Shown here in pieces: positions 30,648 to 43,348 of a stretch of 64,000 nucleotides of DNA; the first letter of the stretch is position 1, and each line of letters opens with the position of its first letter. The notes below the pieces were generated by a model, which saw only the letters and a list, made by a program, of their open reading frames with translations, ran no database searches and was not told where the DNA came from. Source of the stretch: Fonticula alba ATCC 38817 (lineage: Eukaryota > Protista > Nucleariida); assembly GCA_000388065.2 (NCBI GenBank), contig KB932201.1. The stretch is one strand, 5' to 3'. A program made the position numbers and the translations under genes.

Positions 30648-33349
30648 ATGCAGCCGTCCCACGCGGCTCCCGGCGGTAACCGACCTCGGCCACAGCAGCC
30701 CGTCAACCGGTTGGTGGTTTCCGCCCTGCAATTTCAGTCGTTCATGCTCCGGTCCACCTCGGGCCTCCCCGGCGAGAAAGAGGAGGTGGTCATTCGCCTC
30801 GCCAATCTCCCCAGTGCGTTTGGCCGAGCCCGGCGCCCTGTGATCACGGCCGTCACCCTTTCCCCGTTCGACCTCCCTCCTCTGGTTCCCCAACTTGCCA
30901 TTTCTTCTGCACTGCACGAGCTGACCAAATGCTTCATCAGATTTCCTGTTCGAGGTCAACAGTCTCGCCATTGCCTACTCGCGTGCTCTGTCCAAGCCGA
31001 AATCCATTCGCATTCTCGGTCCGCGCCATCTTGTGCTGCACATTCGTCTCCTCTTTCTCCCGCATTGTGCCCCCTCCCCCCCTCTCCCTCCCCTCCCCGG
31101 CAGCTCAGCCCCTCCTGAGCCTAACCACACTCTCCTCCCTCTCCTCCCTCGCCCCCCTCCCTCCTCTCCACTCCCTTTCCTTCTCTCGACCCAGGGCAAC
31201 TACGCACTAGCTACCCAAACATCCTCAAGGGCGAGGTCATCACCCCACCCTTCTGGACCATCAACAGCAACACGCCGCCTCCTGGCCCTCCAGTCCCCAC
31301 TCTCCTTCCGAGCCCTTGTTTATCTGAGATCTTGAAGCTGATTGCCTCGCTCAGTCCCCTGGAGGAGCTTCACATTTCCGGTTCGTCCGCCTTCCCGCCC
31401 GAAGACCACGCGCGGCATGTGGCTGATTCCCCCACCTTCCTCTCGCTTACCCACCCATCTCTCTCTCTCTCTCTCCTCCTCTCTCCTGTGTCTCCCCCTC
31501 TTCATCTCCCTCTCTTCTTGAACACCGCCGTGGCCGACCGACAGACGTGGACTTCGGGTCAGACGCTCAGTTGCACCAAGTTGCCACCATGTTCGGGGCA
31601 ATTCCCAGCGCGAATAGCGGTATGCTGCCTTTTTTTCTTGACCCCTTTGCCTCATCCCAGCCCTCGCTTCCCGCGCCTGTCTTCTCTCTTCCCCGTGCGA
31701 GCACTTACCCTTCCTCTTTCCGCCTCCCCGCCTCAGTGTATTATGAAATGGCCCTCACCTTCTATCACAGGCTTCTTGCCAATCGCCAGCTTCGTAGCCT
31801 GGAGCTAGTCAGTAAGTTCTCGGACCTGAGCAGTCCATACACACACACACACACACACTTGCACAATACGCCCGTCTGCACACGATGCGCGTCTCCACAC
31901 TTTCCCCCTTTTTTCCTTCCTCACCAACCTGTGCCATTGCCATCGCCACCACCTCAGGAGTGAATGTTGGCCGCTTTACCACCCAAGCCATCGCCGAGGC
32001 CCTCCCCTCCAACAGCAGCATCAATGCGTTGACCCTTTACCGTGAGATCCCCCCCTCCTCTTGCGCCAGATTGCCGCCCACCTTTCACTCTTCATCTGAC
32101 CTTTTCCCTTGGCTGTAGGCTGTGGCTGCGACGTCGACTCGCTCGGGCAAATCGTCAACACCCTGAAGACGCGCCCCGGTCCCTTCTCCCTAACCGTGTG
32201 CCTGGGTTCGTGCCGCCCACCATGCATTGTCCTGTCGTCGGCCGCCGAGATCGCCGCCATCATCCTGTCTGACACACTCTTCTCGCCGCCCCCCCCCCCC
32301 CCCCCCCNNNNNNNNNNNNNNNNNNNNNNNNNNNNNNNNNNNNNNNNNNNNNNNNNNNNNNNNNNNNNNNNNNNNNNNNNNNNNNNNNNNNNNNNNNNNN
32401 NNNNNNNNNNNNNNNNNNNNNNNNNNNNNNNNNNNNNNNNNNNNNNNNNNNNNNNNNNNNNNNNNNNNNNNNNNNNNNNNNNNNNNNNNNNNNNNNNNNN
32501 NNNNNNNNNNNNNNNNNNNNNNNNNNNNNNNNNNNNNNNNNNNNNNNCCCCCCCCCCCCCCCCCCCTTTCTCTCTCGGCCTCCTTTTGCCCTCCCCAGGA
32601 AATGCGCTCCTTCTGGCCAGCACAGCCGAGCACTTTGCCCAAGTTTTCTCCCAGCTCTCCGGTTTGGTTCATCTGTCACTTTCAGGTATACCCCCCTGGA
32701 TCCACCTCATTCCTGCATCTCCACTCAGCCTCTTGCATGGCAGTGACTGACTCGTGTGTCTTTCCCTCCCCCGTCACCCCTTTCCACGACAGATTGCAGC
32801 ATGACCCAGGACTTTGCCAAGGTCATTGCCCCGTCCCTCGGCGGCCTCACCAGCCTCGAGTCTCTCAGTCTATCATGTGCGCCGGCCCTTTCCCGCCCGG
32901 CTGTCGCCCTACGCGTAAGCCCCCTCAACTGACGCCCCTCCCGTGTGCCGGGTTTCACGTGCAGATAATCCCTTGCTTTCGGCCGGGCTTGCCCTCTTCG
33001 TCCCCGCCCTCACAACTTTGCCAAAGCTCGAGAAGCTGCTGCTGCGAGGTGCGCCCATCCTCCCTGTGTCCCTTTCCTCCGGCTGTGCAATGTCCTCGTG
33101 CCGGTCTAACTGTCCTCCTTTTCTCCAGACTGCCATCTGGACTCCAGCTCCTGGCCCCTCATCACCCAGCTTGTGCAGGGTGTACCCTCACTTCGTTCGC
33201 TTGACATCAGCTGTGCGTCGTGTCCTTTCCCCCCTGCCGTTGCTGCCTTTGTCCGGCCTTTTTTCCCCTTCCCCCGTTGGTACCTCCTCACTCTTATCTA
33301 ATCCCATGAAAACCCTCTCTCGCGTCTTTATCTGCTCCTCCCCCCCCCC

Positions 33350-33384
<35 letters not shown>

Positions 33385-34942
33385 CCGCCCGACAGTGAAC
33401 AACTACCTCAACGAGACGGGCAATTCGGTTCCCACCTTCGGAAGCGCACTCCGTTCGCTTGCCATTTCAAGTACGCATTCCTTTCCTCGGCCTTCCATTC
33501 GTGCCGCTTCGCTGACTTCCGTGCTCCCTCCCCCCGTCACCAATCAGATTTCACCACCACACCTGCCCTCATGGAGTCCATGGTCGACGAGCTGACCAAG
33601 ATGACTAGCCTGGAGTCCCTGGAATGGCAAGGTGCGACCATTTTCCGGCCTTTCTCGCTCTGGCCTTCATGCTGACCCTCCCTCTCCCCCCCCCTCCCTG
33701 CTCTCCTTTCCTCCTCCGCCGACTGTCTTTTGCAACTTCACCAGGTTTCCAGTACTCGTCCAGTGTCATCCATCCCTCCGCGCAAGCCTCCGGTATGTTC
33801 CTTCTCTATGCCTGGCCCTGCTGCTTTCCTGCTACCACAGCACTGACTCTTCTCCCCCCGCGTCCTTTCTGTTTCTCCCTCCCTCCCTCCCTCCCTCCCT
33901 CCCCCCCCCCTCTCTCTCTCTCTGTCTGCGCCTCCCGTGCTCCCCCGGTATCCAGCCGTCAACCTCGCTGTTGGCCAGGTGATCAACTCCCTCGGACGCT
34001 TCTTTTTGTCGCACCAGACGCTGACCTCCCTCGATCTGAGTGGTACTTCCCTGCATGTCTCCTGCGCAGATGGCCCCTCTCTTCTTCACCGGCCAGCCTC
34101 CCTCGCCATTCCCTCATTGCGTGTCTGCTCCCCGGCCTAACATTTCCTCCTTATCAGGCACCCTTTTCGATCAGGAGTATCCCGGCGAGACCTTCCTCGA
34201 GTCGCCAACTCTCCAAACAGTCCGCCTGTCAAAGTGCCACTTCTCGTCGTCCTTCTCCTTTGCCCTGGCCACTGGACTTGGGCGGTGTCCTGCCCTCGTG
34301 AGCCTGGACCTCAGTCGTATGTGGCACATGCCTCTTGCCGTCCCTTCCCCTGCATGGCCTTTCCGCTGGCCGGATATGGGCTTCTCCCTCGCCCACTCTC
34401 TCTCTCGCGCTCTCCCCCCCCCTCCTATACCCCCCTTCTCCCCCTGACACCTTTGCTCCTCCTCTTTCCGCCGCCCTGCCGGCCATGTAGACACTCCCCA
34501 AACGCATGGGACCCTGGGGCGCCTTGTGGCCGGGCTGAAGAACTCCACCGCCATCACACATCTGGATGTCAGCCAAACGCACTTGAACGACTTTGCGGCC
34601 GGCGTCCTGCGCAACCTGCTGGAGGGCCACCGGACACTCCTGTCGCTGAATGTCAGCTTCAACACCCTCGGCCTGGCCGGCATGTCACACATCCTGACCG
34701 GACTATTGTCGAACAACGTCCTCCGGTCACTGCGGATGGAGGCGTGCACAGTGCCAAATGCCCCTGCCCCGGAGGGGATTCTCCCTCTCCTGGGGAATCT
34801 CTTCCTGACCAACTCCTCCCTGCAGCTGCTGGACATGAGCCGGTCGCTGGAATTCGACGTGACACCGGTCTTGGACCACCTTCGGCAGAACACCTCGCTG
34901 CTTTTCTTCTACCCAACTGCCCAGAGTGGCGGGGCCTTTTGA
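30648..34942 (+). CDS. Ribonuclease-inhibitor-type (28/29-aa) LRR protein, at least 16 exons (~685 aa plus possible exon in gap)
   Basis: Exons 30648-30954, 31195-31380, 31545-31619, 31737-31811, 31958-32041, 32119-32205, 32599-32685, 32793-32876, 32965-33048, 33129-33212, 33396-33470, 33548-33631, 33745-33792, 33956-34042, 34158-34316, 34491-34942. Repeats LESLSLS-YN, LEKLLLR-DC, LRSLDIS, LTSLDLS, LLSLNVSFN. Confidence 0.8.
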
Positions 34943-35125
34943 GTGCCTTTTCATGTGTATACTTCTTGCTGCTTTCTCAGTCCCCCCGCCCTGGGCTGCT
35001 GGTTCGGCCCTCGTCCTCTTCGTTCCCCCCCGCCCCACCTTCCCTCGCTTCAAATACAGCCACCTTGCTGTTCACCTGGCACCACGTCACCGGCCTCTTA
35101 TTGTTTGCACCAACTCGATGGGCCA

Positions 35126-35160
<35 letters not shown>

Positions 35161-35723
35161 CGTGTGTGTGTGTGTGTGCGTGTGTGTGTGTGTGTGTATT
35201 TATATATATATATATATGTATGTGTGTGTATGTGTGCGTGGAAGGGGGAGAGAGAAGAAGGTGTACAGAACATTNNNNNNNNNNNNNNNNNNNNNNNNNN
35301 NNNNNNNNNNNNNNNNNNNNNNNNNNNNNNNNNNNNNNNNNNNNNNNNNNNNNNNNNNNNNNNNNNNNNNNNNNNNNNNNNNNNNNNNNNNNNNNNNNNN
35401 NNNNNNNNNNNNNNNNNNNNNNNNNNNNNNNNNNNNNNNNNNNNNNNNNNNNNNNNNNNNNNNNNNNNNNNNNNNNNNNNNNNNNNNNNTGTGTGTGTGT
35501 GTGTGTGTGTGTCGCGTGTGTCGCGTGGGGATGTGTGGGGATGTGTGAGTGTGCGCCAGGTTCGGAGAAGAAAAGAAAAAGAGGAAGAGGAAGAGAGGAA
35601 AAAGAGAAGGAGAGAGGAAACGAGACGCCAAAGAAGCAAGACAAGACGCGGAGGGAGACGAAAAAAAAGGAAGAAGAAAAAGAGACAAGAGCAATGGGCT
35701 GTAGGCGGCTGGCCAAGTCGCAC

Positions 35724-38700
35724 CTGCCACGGCTGCCCGGTGAACCGGGTCCAAGTGTGCGTCCACCTCGTCCAACAAGTAAAAGGGGGCCGGGTCAAAG
35801 CGCTGGATGGCAAAGATGAGCGATAGCGCCACCAAAGTCTTCTGGCCACCAGAGAGAGCCTGAATCGGCCGCAGATCGGCAAGGGGCTCCGATCCGCTCG
35901 GGCCAGTCGGCTCACCGAAGGCCACATGCACCGAGACGCCGGTCAATCGGCCAGAGGGCCCGGAAGACCGCTCCAGGCGCAGCTCTCCCCTTCCGGCGGA
36001 CACCAGTTCGGCGAATACCTGGCCAAAATGCCCAGCCACACTGGTCAGTGTCCGCTCGATGGCCTCCTCGCGCGTTTGTTCCAGGAACTCCATCAGCCGG
36101 CCGATGGATGCGGCCGATTGGTCCAGCTGCTGCAAGCGGGCCTGGGCCTGCCGCAGGTTGTCGGCATACGCCCCATGTAGCTCGACCGCGTGGCGGTTTA
36201 CATGGCGATAGTCCGCCAGCTGGGCATTGATGGCTTCCAGGGCCGCCATCAAGTCCGGTGTCGCCAGCTGGGCATCCACGTTGGAGGGGCTTTCCGGTCG
36301 GCCGGATGCCGCGACAGCCTGATCAAGCTCACTCAGTTCAAGGTCCTCCAGTTGGTGCTCCAGCCAGGCAATGCGTTCGCGCAGGAGCTGTTGCGACTCC
36401 TGGGCCCGGTCGCGCTGGGACATGGCACGTTGCTCATCGCGGAACATCCTCCGGAAGGAGTTCTAGCCCGGGGGAGGGCACCGCGAACAAGTGTCGGACC
36501 ATGTGAGAAGGGGTTCCCAAAGGGAGGACGGCCACGCGCAAGCGCAGCCAGTTGGAACGCATGCGAGATGAGTTGAACAAGGGGAGACACAAAACATCAG
36601 ACAGGGACGGGGCAGCTGGGCCGAGGGACACCAGGCATCGGAAAAGCAAACCACCAAACAAGCCCCGAGCGTACTTTGGAGTTCTGAATTTGCGCCTCCA
36701 GGGCTGTGGTTCGCCGGGCAGCCTCCGCTACAGCCCGCTCTTTCTCTGAGGGCAACAAGTCCCGAGTCCAATGGGGGGGGGAGCGGGGGCCGAGTGAGCG
36801 AGCAAGCGGACAGGCGACAGGGGGGAGGCGCGCATCGCTGGTCAGTGCACACAAAAGCAGGCCCCACGGGCCGAGGGGGAGGGGAAAAGGCCGATGGGGC
36901 GACAAAGCCAACCACAGGCACGGAGGCCGATCGAATCATGGCCACGCACCTCGGCGCTCCGCCTCGCAAGCAGCCAACTCCTGGTTCGAGCGAGCCAGTT
37001 CGGCCTGCAGCCACGCGAGGCGATCAGCCTGGGGGTCGGCCGTGGAATCGCCCTCCGGTCCCCGGGCGGACAGGTGTTGCTCAATGGACTGGAGCTGGCG
37101 CTCCAGATTGGCCACATGCGATCCGAGGGCTGCCCCTTCGGAGCCCAAGGCCTGGGCCATTTGCTCGGCCCCGGCCAGGCGCTCTTGCAGGGACGCCTCT
37201 TCGGCTCGGAGAGCCATGCGCTGGGCCTCGGCGGCCGGCCCTCCGGCTCGACCAACATCCTCAAGCATGGTGTCCAACTCGGCGAAGCGTTGTCGGGCCC
37301 GGTCTGCGGCTTGGGTCTGGCTGGCCAGCCGCGCGGCGAGGCCCTCAAGCTGGGCCAGCTCATCGTCCAAGGCCTCGCGCGCGGCACGGGCCTGGCGGAC
37401 CTGCTCGGCCGCCGCACCGACGGCCAGCTGGGCGGCCGCCAACGGCCCGAGCTCCAGCCGGCGCACATCCTCATCGAGCGCGCGCAGTGCAGCGGCCGCG
37501 GCAGCACCGGCCACAGCGCGCACATGGTATGCCGCACGCGCACGGGCTGCCTGGTCCGAGGCCGGGAGCAGCGCCCGGCGGGCATTCCGGAAGCCTCCCG
37601 TCAGGGTCCCGGTCGGGGAGATGACATCTCCCTCCAGGGTGACGCAAGTGATGCCATACCGGTCGGCCGCCTGGGTGCCGGTGCGCACATCCGGACACAG
37701 GGCATACCCGGCGAAGAGCATGCGCAAGATGGGATGGAAGCGCGGCTGGACATACGGCCGGAGCTCCAACTCGAAAGACCGGCAGCTGTCCGGGTAGGAC
37801 CACTCTTCGTCCGGACCGGCGGCCGTGCTGCCGGCCACGGTCAATGGGGCGAAGGTCACGGCCCCCTGGCGCCCGGGGCCACTGCGCGACCAGTCGTGAA
37901 AGGCCTGAGCCACCGAGTCGTCAGCCACGACGACATAGTGCAGACGACCGCCGGCGGCCGCCTGAACTGCGGTGCTCAGTTCCTCCGGCACACCCTGCAG
38001 CAGGCCAAAGAAGGGCCCGAAGCAGCATCGCGCGGTTGCTGCTTCGGCTGCCCCGGCAATGGCCTCCACCACGGCCGAGGCACTCTCGCTGCCAAGCTGG
38101 GACATGTCCTCCATGGCGACCAGGCGCTCCGGCGGCACAAGCCACCAGCCGGGAGCCACCCCCTGGGCGAGACTCCATTCGGCCAGACTGGCCAAGCCCC
38201 GCCGAGTGGGGCCGGGCAATGCCCGCTGCAGGTGGTGATCCGCCCGCAGGGCGTCAGCATACTGCCGAGCAAGGGCATGCTGCTCGTCGCCCTGTCGGCG
38301 GCCGGCCTGCTGACGAGCGTCCGCCAGGTCCTTCCACTGGCGGGTGGCTTCGGCATGGGCCGCTGCGGCGGCGGTGGCCGCATCCTCGGCCGCGGTCACA
38401 TTGGCATCCAGCCGACGAGCCGCGGCCGCCGGGTCAGCCGCCTCGCGCTGAGCAGACGCCACCCGGTCTTGCAAAGTCGCCAAATCGGCCTCCAACTGCC
38501 GGACAGCCTCGGCTGCCTGGCGACGCTGGTCGGCCACCCACTCGGCTCGGCCCGGGCCGTCCGCCGGCAGGGTGGCCACCGCCTGCAAGGCGGCGAGCAG
38601 CGAGCGCGTTTGCCCGAGCGAGGCCGCCAAATCCCGGCGATCGTCCGCCAGCTGGTCCACGCGGCCGTGGAGTTCCTGCTGGCGGATTTGCGCCGCATCC

Positions 38701-40319
38701 AGAGCTCGCTGGAGGGCCGCCCGGCGCCGAGTGAGCCCGGCAGTGGCCTCGCCCGACCGGGCCTCCAGCTCCAACCGAGCCTCAAGGCGCGTGGCGGCGG
38801 CCGACAGTTGAAACAATCGGGCCGCATGCTGGCGCAGCTGCTCCTGGCCAATGCGCTCATCCTCGCGACTGCGCCGGAGGGCTTCCTCCTGGTCGGCCAG
38901 GGTGGCCTGCTGGCTGTCCAGCCGGTGGGCTTGCCCGAGACGGGCTGGCGTCGAGCCGGCAAGGCTCCCGTGTGCGGCCTGGCGCGCGCGCGAACGCGGG
39001 GTCTGATATGCGGCCATGTCACCCGGGCCCAAGCCGGATGCCCCGCCGGCGGCCACACTCAACTCCTGCAAGTGGGCTTGGCTTTCTTGGAGTTCGCGCG
39101 CATAGAGAGCCCGGCTGAGCCCTCGACGACGCGCGTCCAGCCGGTTGAACTCCCGCAAGTCGGCCAATTCCTGGGTCAGTTCGGCCAGCCGGCCGGCGAT
39201 TTGCCCGACCGCGTCGTCCACCTGCGCGCGCTGCTCCTGGGTCAGGTCCAACAAGCGCCGAGCGTCGGCCTTCTTCTCTTCGAAAATCTGCGTCCCGGCA
39301 ATGCCCTGTAGCAGAGCCAGGCGCTCTTCGTCGCGCTCCTCGGCCACGGAGGAAATCTGCCAGCGGCAAAGTGTCAGCCTACGAGGGGGCACGCGTGTTC
39401 CGGGTGATTGTGTGGCCGCTGGGCCCGATATGTGCGCCGGCGGCATTTTTCAAGGGCACAAGCGAATGGATGGAAAGCACTCGGAAGCCGACTGTTCACG
39501 CACTCGGCCCTGGGGAACAATGTAGAAGGGATTCGTCTGGGAGAAGCCCACCGATTCGAGCAGGCTCAGGATTTCTTCCCTCCTAAGTGGCATGAACGAG
39601 CCCCGGCATGGAGGGCAACAATGGTGGTCAGACGTGGCACCCATCAGGGAGCCCACAGGCGCAAGAGGGCGCACCGCTTCGGCTTGTCATCCAGGAAGTA
39701 CTCCTCCTTGAGCTGGTTGATCGTCCGCCTGAGGGACAGCTCGGGCTTGGGGGTCTAGTGTGACGAGTTAGAAGAAGGCCAATCCGCTCACCCATCAAGG
39801 GAAGTGGCCACACACCGGCAAGCGACCGTCGCGATTGTCCAGAACCAGCTCCACGCTGGCATCCGTGAAGTTGACGCCGCCGCCGTGGATGTACCGGAGC
39901 CGGGTCTGGCGGCTGCCCAAATCCGCGAAGGGGCCATCTCCTAGGACGAAGCGGATGGCTAAAGGGACATCGGGCAACAGGCCGAAGGGGGTTAGGAAGG
40001 TCTGGGGCCGCCGCGGCGAGGGACCTTGAGAATGGAGCACACGTGCCTTCAAAGAAGTTTGTCTTGCCCGAGCCATTCTGGCCCACTTAATTTCCGGATG
40101 CAAAAGCGGCAGGGAGTCAGAACCAGGGCCGCCATGCTCTTCCGCCTCCCGGCCCCTCTCTTCCCTTTCGCCCGGGAGCCGAGGGGCCCATTGAGCGCTT
40201 CTTTTGAGCATCTCGAGCGTCTGTGCCAGCGTACCGATGGTATTGTATCCACTATCAAAGACCACTGTTTGATCACGAAAAGTAAGGAAATTCAATATCT
40301 TTACCCGCTTGATGAACAT
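35724..40319 (-). CDS. SMC3: Cohesin subunit SMC3; last exon(s) missing, probably in gap 35275-35489
   Basis: Exons 40319-40235, 40085-40047, 39958-39816, 39754-39675, 39582-39504, 39356-36950, 36745-36675, 36462-35724. Walker A GQNGSGKTN; Q-loop NPFYIVPQGR; hinge CVTLEGDVISPTGTLTGGF; signature LSGGQKTLVALSLIFAIQRFDPAPFYLLDEVD. Confidence 0.93.
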
Positions 40320-40787
40320 AGTGCCGTGCGAGACCCGAGTCGCATGCCCGTGGTGGCGAAAAATGCAGTGCTCTGGCCGAGACCCGGGAGGACGGGAGAG
40401 ATCGATCGAGGGAGAGGGAGAGGGAGAGGGAGAGGGAGAGAGACAGAGAGGACCACACGGGCAAAGCCAGTCTTCTGGGCGACGACGGACAAATGCGCGT
40501 GGGCGTGTGTGTGTGTGTGTGTGTGTGTATCTGTCTGCGCGTGCGAGTGCCTGCTTGTGTGTCTCTGTGTGTCTCTCTCTCTCTGTGTATGTATGTGTGT
40601 GTGTGTGTGTGCGTCCGGATGGGCAGCAAAGAGGAGCGGAGGAGGGAAGAGGGCTGTCTCAACCCTGTGTCCCCTTGGCGGGCGTGGCCGTTCAACTGAA
40701 ATACATACTGCTCGAATACCCACCCCCGCGATCCTGCTCGGCACCAGCCAGATCACTGACAAGATCCCACTAACTTGCCGCGGTACC

Positions 40788-40844
<57 letters not shown>

Positions 40845-41402
40845 GGGAGCCGAGATCTAACTTTTGGCCCCGCCTCGGGGAAACCCACACCAGAGAGAGG
40901 CGGGAGAGTGTGAGTACACAGGCACGATCGAATTCAAATCCCACCGAACTGCCAACCCATCGAGTCATGTGCGCTGATGGAACGGCATTCCGAGGTTGGG
41001 CGTGATCCGCGCCGCCGAGCGGCCCGAGTGTGTTCCTCCGCGCTCGCTGCCTCTCGTGCTTGATTCTGCGGGTCCCCGTGTCCTGCGCCCTGGCACTCAT
41101 CGCGTCTCTTTATCCTTGTCTTTCCCGCTCCCCCCCCCCCCGCCCCCCTGGAGGATGTGCGGGTGTTGTCTGGCCCTGCCTGCTTGAACCACGGATTGTG
41201 GGACCATTTTTCGGCGGAGATCCCAAGAGACTTGTCGCATGGCGGCCGACGTATCGGTGAAAAGCCATCCTCCGTCTTTCCCCCTACCCCTCATCCCTTT
41301 TCATCCTCGCCCCCTTCCCCTTCCCCCCCCCCCTCCTCCTCCTTTTTCTCTCCCTCTCTTTGCTCCCCTGCGCGCCTCTCGCCCCGCCCGCCCATCGCAA
41401 TT

Positions 41403-42166
41403 ATGAGCTCGGCCGCGCGCTCGAAGATCCACCCCAAGGATCTGATCAAGACCTGGAAGATCGTCAAGGGCGATCGCGTGCGTGTCCACCATCGGCCTGG
41501 GGCCCATATCTCGCTTACCCATGTTTCTTGCCCTTCCTGACCCTTCTCCTTCCCTCTCCGCTCTCTGGGGTCGACCACCGTCAGGTTGCTGTCATGAGCG
41601 GCAAGTCTGTCGGCCACATTGGCGAGGTCGTCAATGTTATCCGCAAGCAAAACCGCGTGGTGGTGGCCGGTGCCAACCTCGTCAAGAAGCACCAGGCCCC
41701 GACCGGTACCTCTCGTGGTGGTATCCTCCAGAAGGAGATGCCGATTCATGTCAGCAACGTGTCCCTCCTGGACCCGAAGGACGGGTGCGTTTCCGCCTCT
41801 CGCCCCCCTCCCTCCGCTGCTTTGCTCCCTCATCGCTCCGGCCCATCCATCCCCATGTGCATGCTTGCCCCTCCGCCTCCTCCCCCTTTGCCGGTCGCTG
41901 ACCTTATGGCTCTTCCGTCCTGCAGCCAGCCCACCCGTGTTGAGATGAAGTATGTGGTCGAGGGCGATGGCTCCTCCTTCCGCAAGGTCCGCGTCTCCAA
42001 GCGCTCCGGTCTGATCATCGAGAAGCCCCCTCCGTCCTTCATGACCCGCAAGCGCAACCTCGATGGTGCGTGTGGCTTGCCGGCCACCTCGGCCCCGGCC
42101 CCCGAACCCATTGATGACCATCTACTGCCTCCCCCCCCCCCCTACACGCACACGCACACGCACACG

Positions 42167-42205
<39 letters not shown>

Positions 42206-42629
42206 ACACACACACGCTTACCGCCGCTAACCCCCCATTCGCTTGGGATCTTCCCCTGGTCTCCTCCCCGGCCCCCCAGTTGGCATCAAGGACACCCCGG
42301 TCGAGGCCTCCCGTGGTGACTATGAGATTTCCCTCATCCGCAACGCCCCGCTGACTGGTATTCAGCCGACCCACCGCCCGTGGGTGATGATGCCTCGCCG
42401 GATGGTCCTCAGCGAGGACAACCCCCTGCTCGGTGGTGCCGGGCTTGGTAACGAGGCCATCGTCGAGAAGCGCCTTCAGAAGGCCGAGGCTGCGGCCCTC
42501 CGCCGGCAGGCCCTCCTCCATGCTGCGGCCCTGACCACCACCTCCACGCCGTCCGCCGACCCCGTCGACCTGGCCGACCCCGCCTCCACCCCCCAGGAGC
42601 AGAAGCCGGCCACCGAGAAGCTCGAGTAA
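41403..42629 (+). CDS. MRPL24: Mitochondrial ribosomal protein uL24m (~254 aa)
   Basis: Exons 41403-41477, 41585-41784, 41926-42065, 42280-42629. WKIVKGDRVAVMSGKSVGHIGEV..NRVVVAGAN..KEMPIHVSNVSLLDP (KOW/uL24). Confidence 0.92.
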
Positions 42630-43348
42630 GCGCCCGGGGAAGCTGTTGCGCTCTCTGTCCATCGGACATTCTTGCGCGCATCCCTCTCTTCCCTTCCCTG
42701 CGCGCCTCAGTTTTTTCCCTGCGCACGCGCGCGCGCGCGCCCCGCGAGCGTGTGCCTTCTCCTTGTGATTTCTCCCCCTCCTTTTCTCTCTCTCTCTCTC
42801 TGCTCGCTTTCTCATTTAACACACATCCAGACAAACAATAAACGCCCCTATAGATCATCCGGCATCGTCTGCCCGCCCCCCCCCCCTGCCTTTGTTTTGA
42901 TCTCCTGCAAAAACTGTGTCCGTTCGCGTACACGCTCACACACACTGGGGTCTCGAAGAGGAGTATATTGAGGGGATAGTGATGCTGGAAGCCCATGGGA
43001 AGGAGGCGTGGGGGAGTCTGGGACTCTGCCCTGGCATCTTTGCGAGCTCTCTCTCTCTCTCTCTCTCTCCACAGCGCTGTCAGGGATGAGCACAGCAGGG
43101 GGCGAGGAGAAGACAGGAGCGGAAGGATGGACCGACCTCACAGGAGCATGTGCTCGCATCTGAGCATGGCAGCCAGTGCCAGGTGTTGAGGGGGGGGAGA
43201 GAGGAAGAGAGGGAGGGAGAGAAAGAAAAAGAGAAAGGGAAGGGATACGGAGCACGCGAACTGCCACCACAATGGTGACAGGCGTGGAAATGTGAAGAAG
43301 CGGGCCAAAAAAAAAAGGGCAGGGTGCTGCTCGCTTGCATGAGCCCTC

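Noticed and set aside
35730-35790. SMC3 D-loop variant DEVDAHLD
   Set aside because: This position already varies among SMC3 proteins (QALD, AALD, ANLD); the catalytic D/E residues are intact.
36894-39311. 805-aa antisense ORF over SMC3, and similar long shadow ORFs (e.g. 21988-23094, 1650-2792, 27175-28065)
   Set aside because: Expected opposite GC-rich coding sequence with few stop codons; no domain motifs.
6611-42629. Three mitoribosomal LSU genes plus ATP11 within 36 kb
   Set aside because: Interspersed with unrelated genes on both strands; no evidence of a functional cluster without synteny data.
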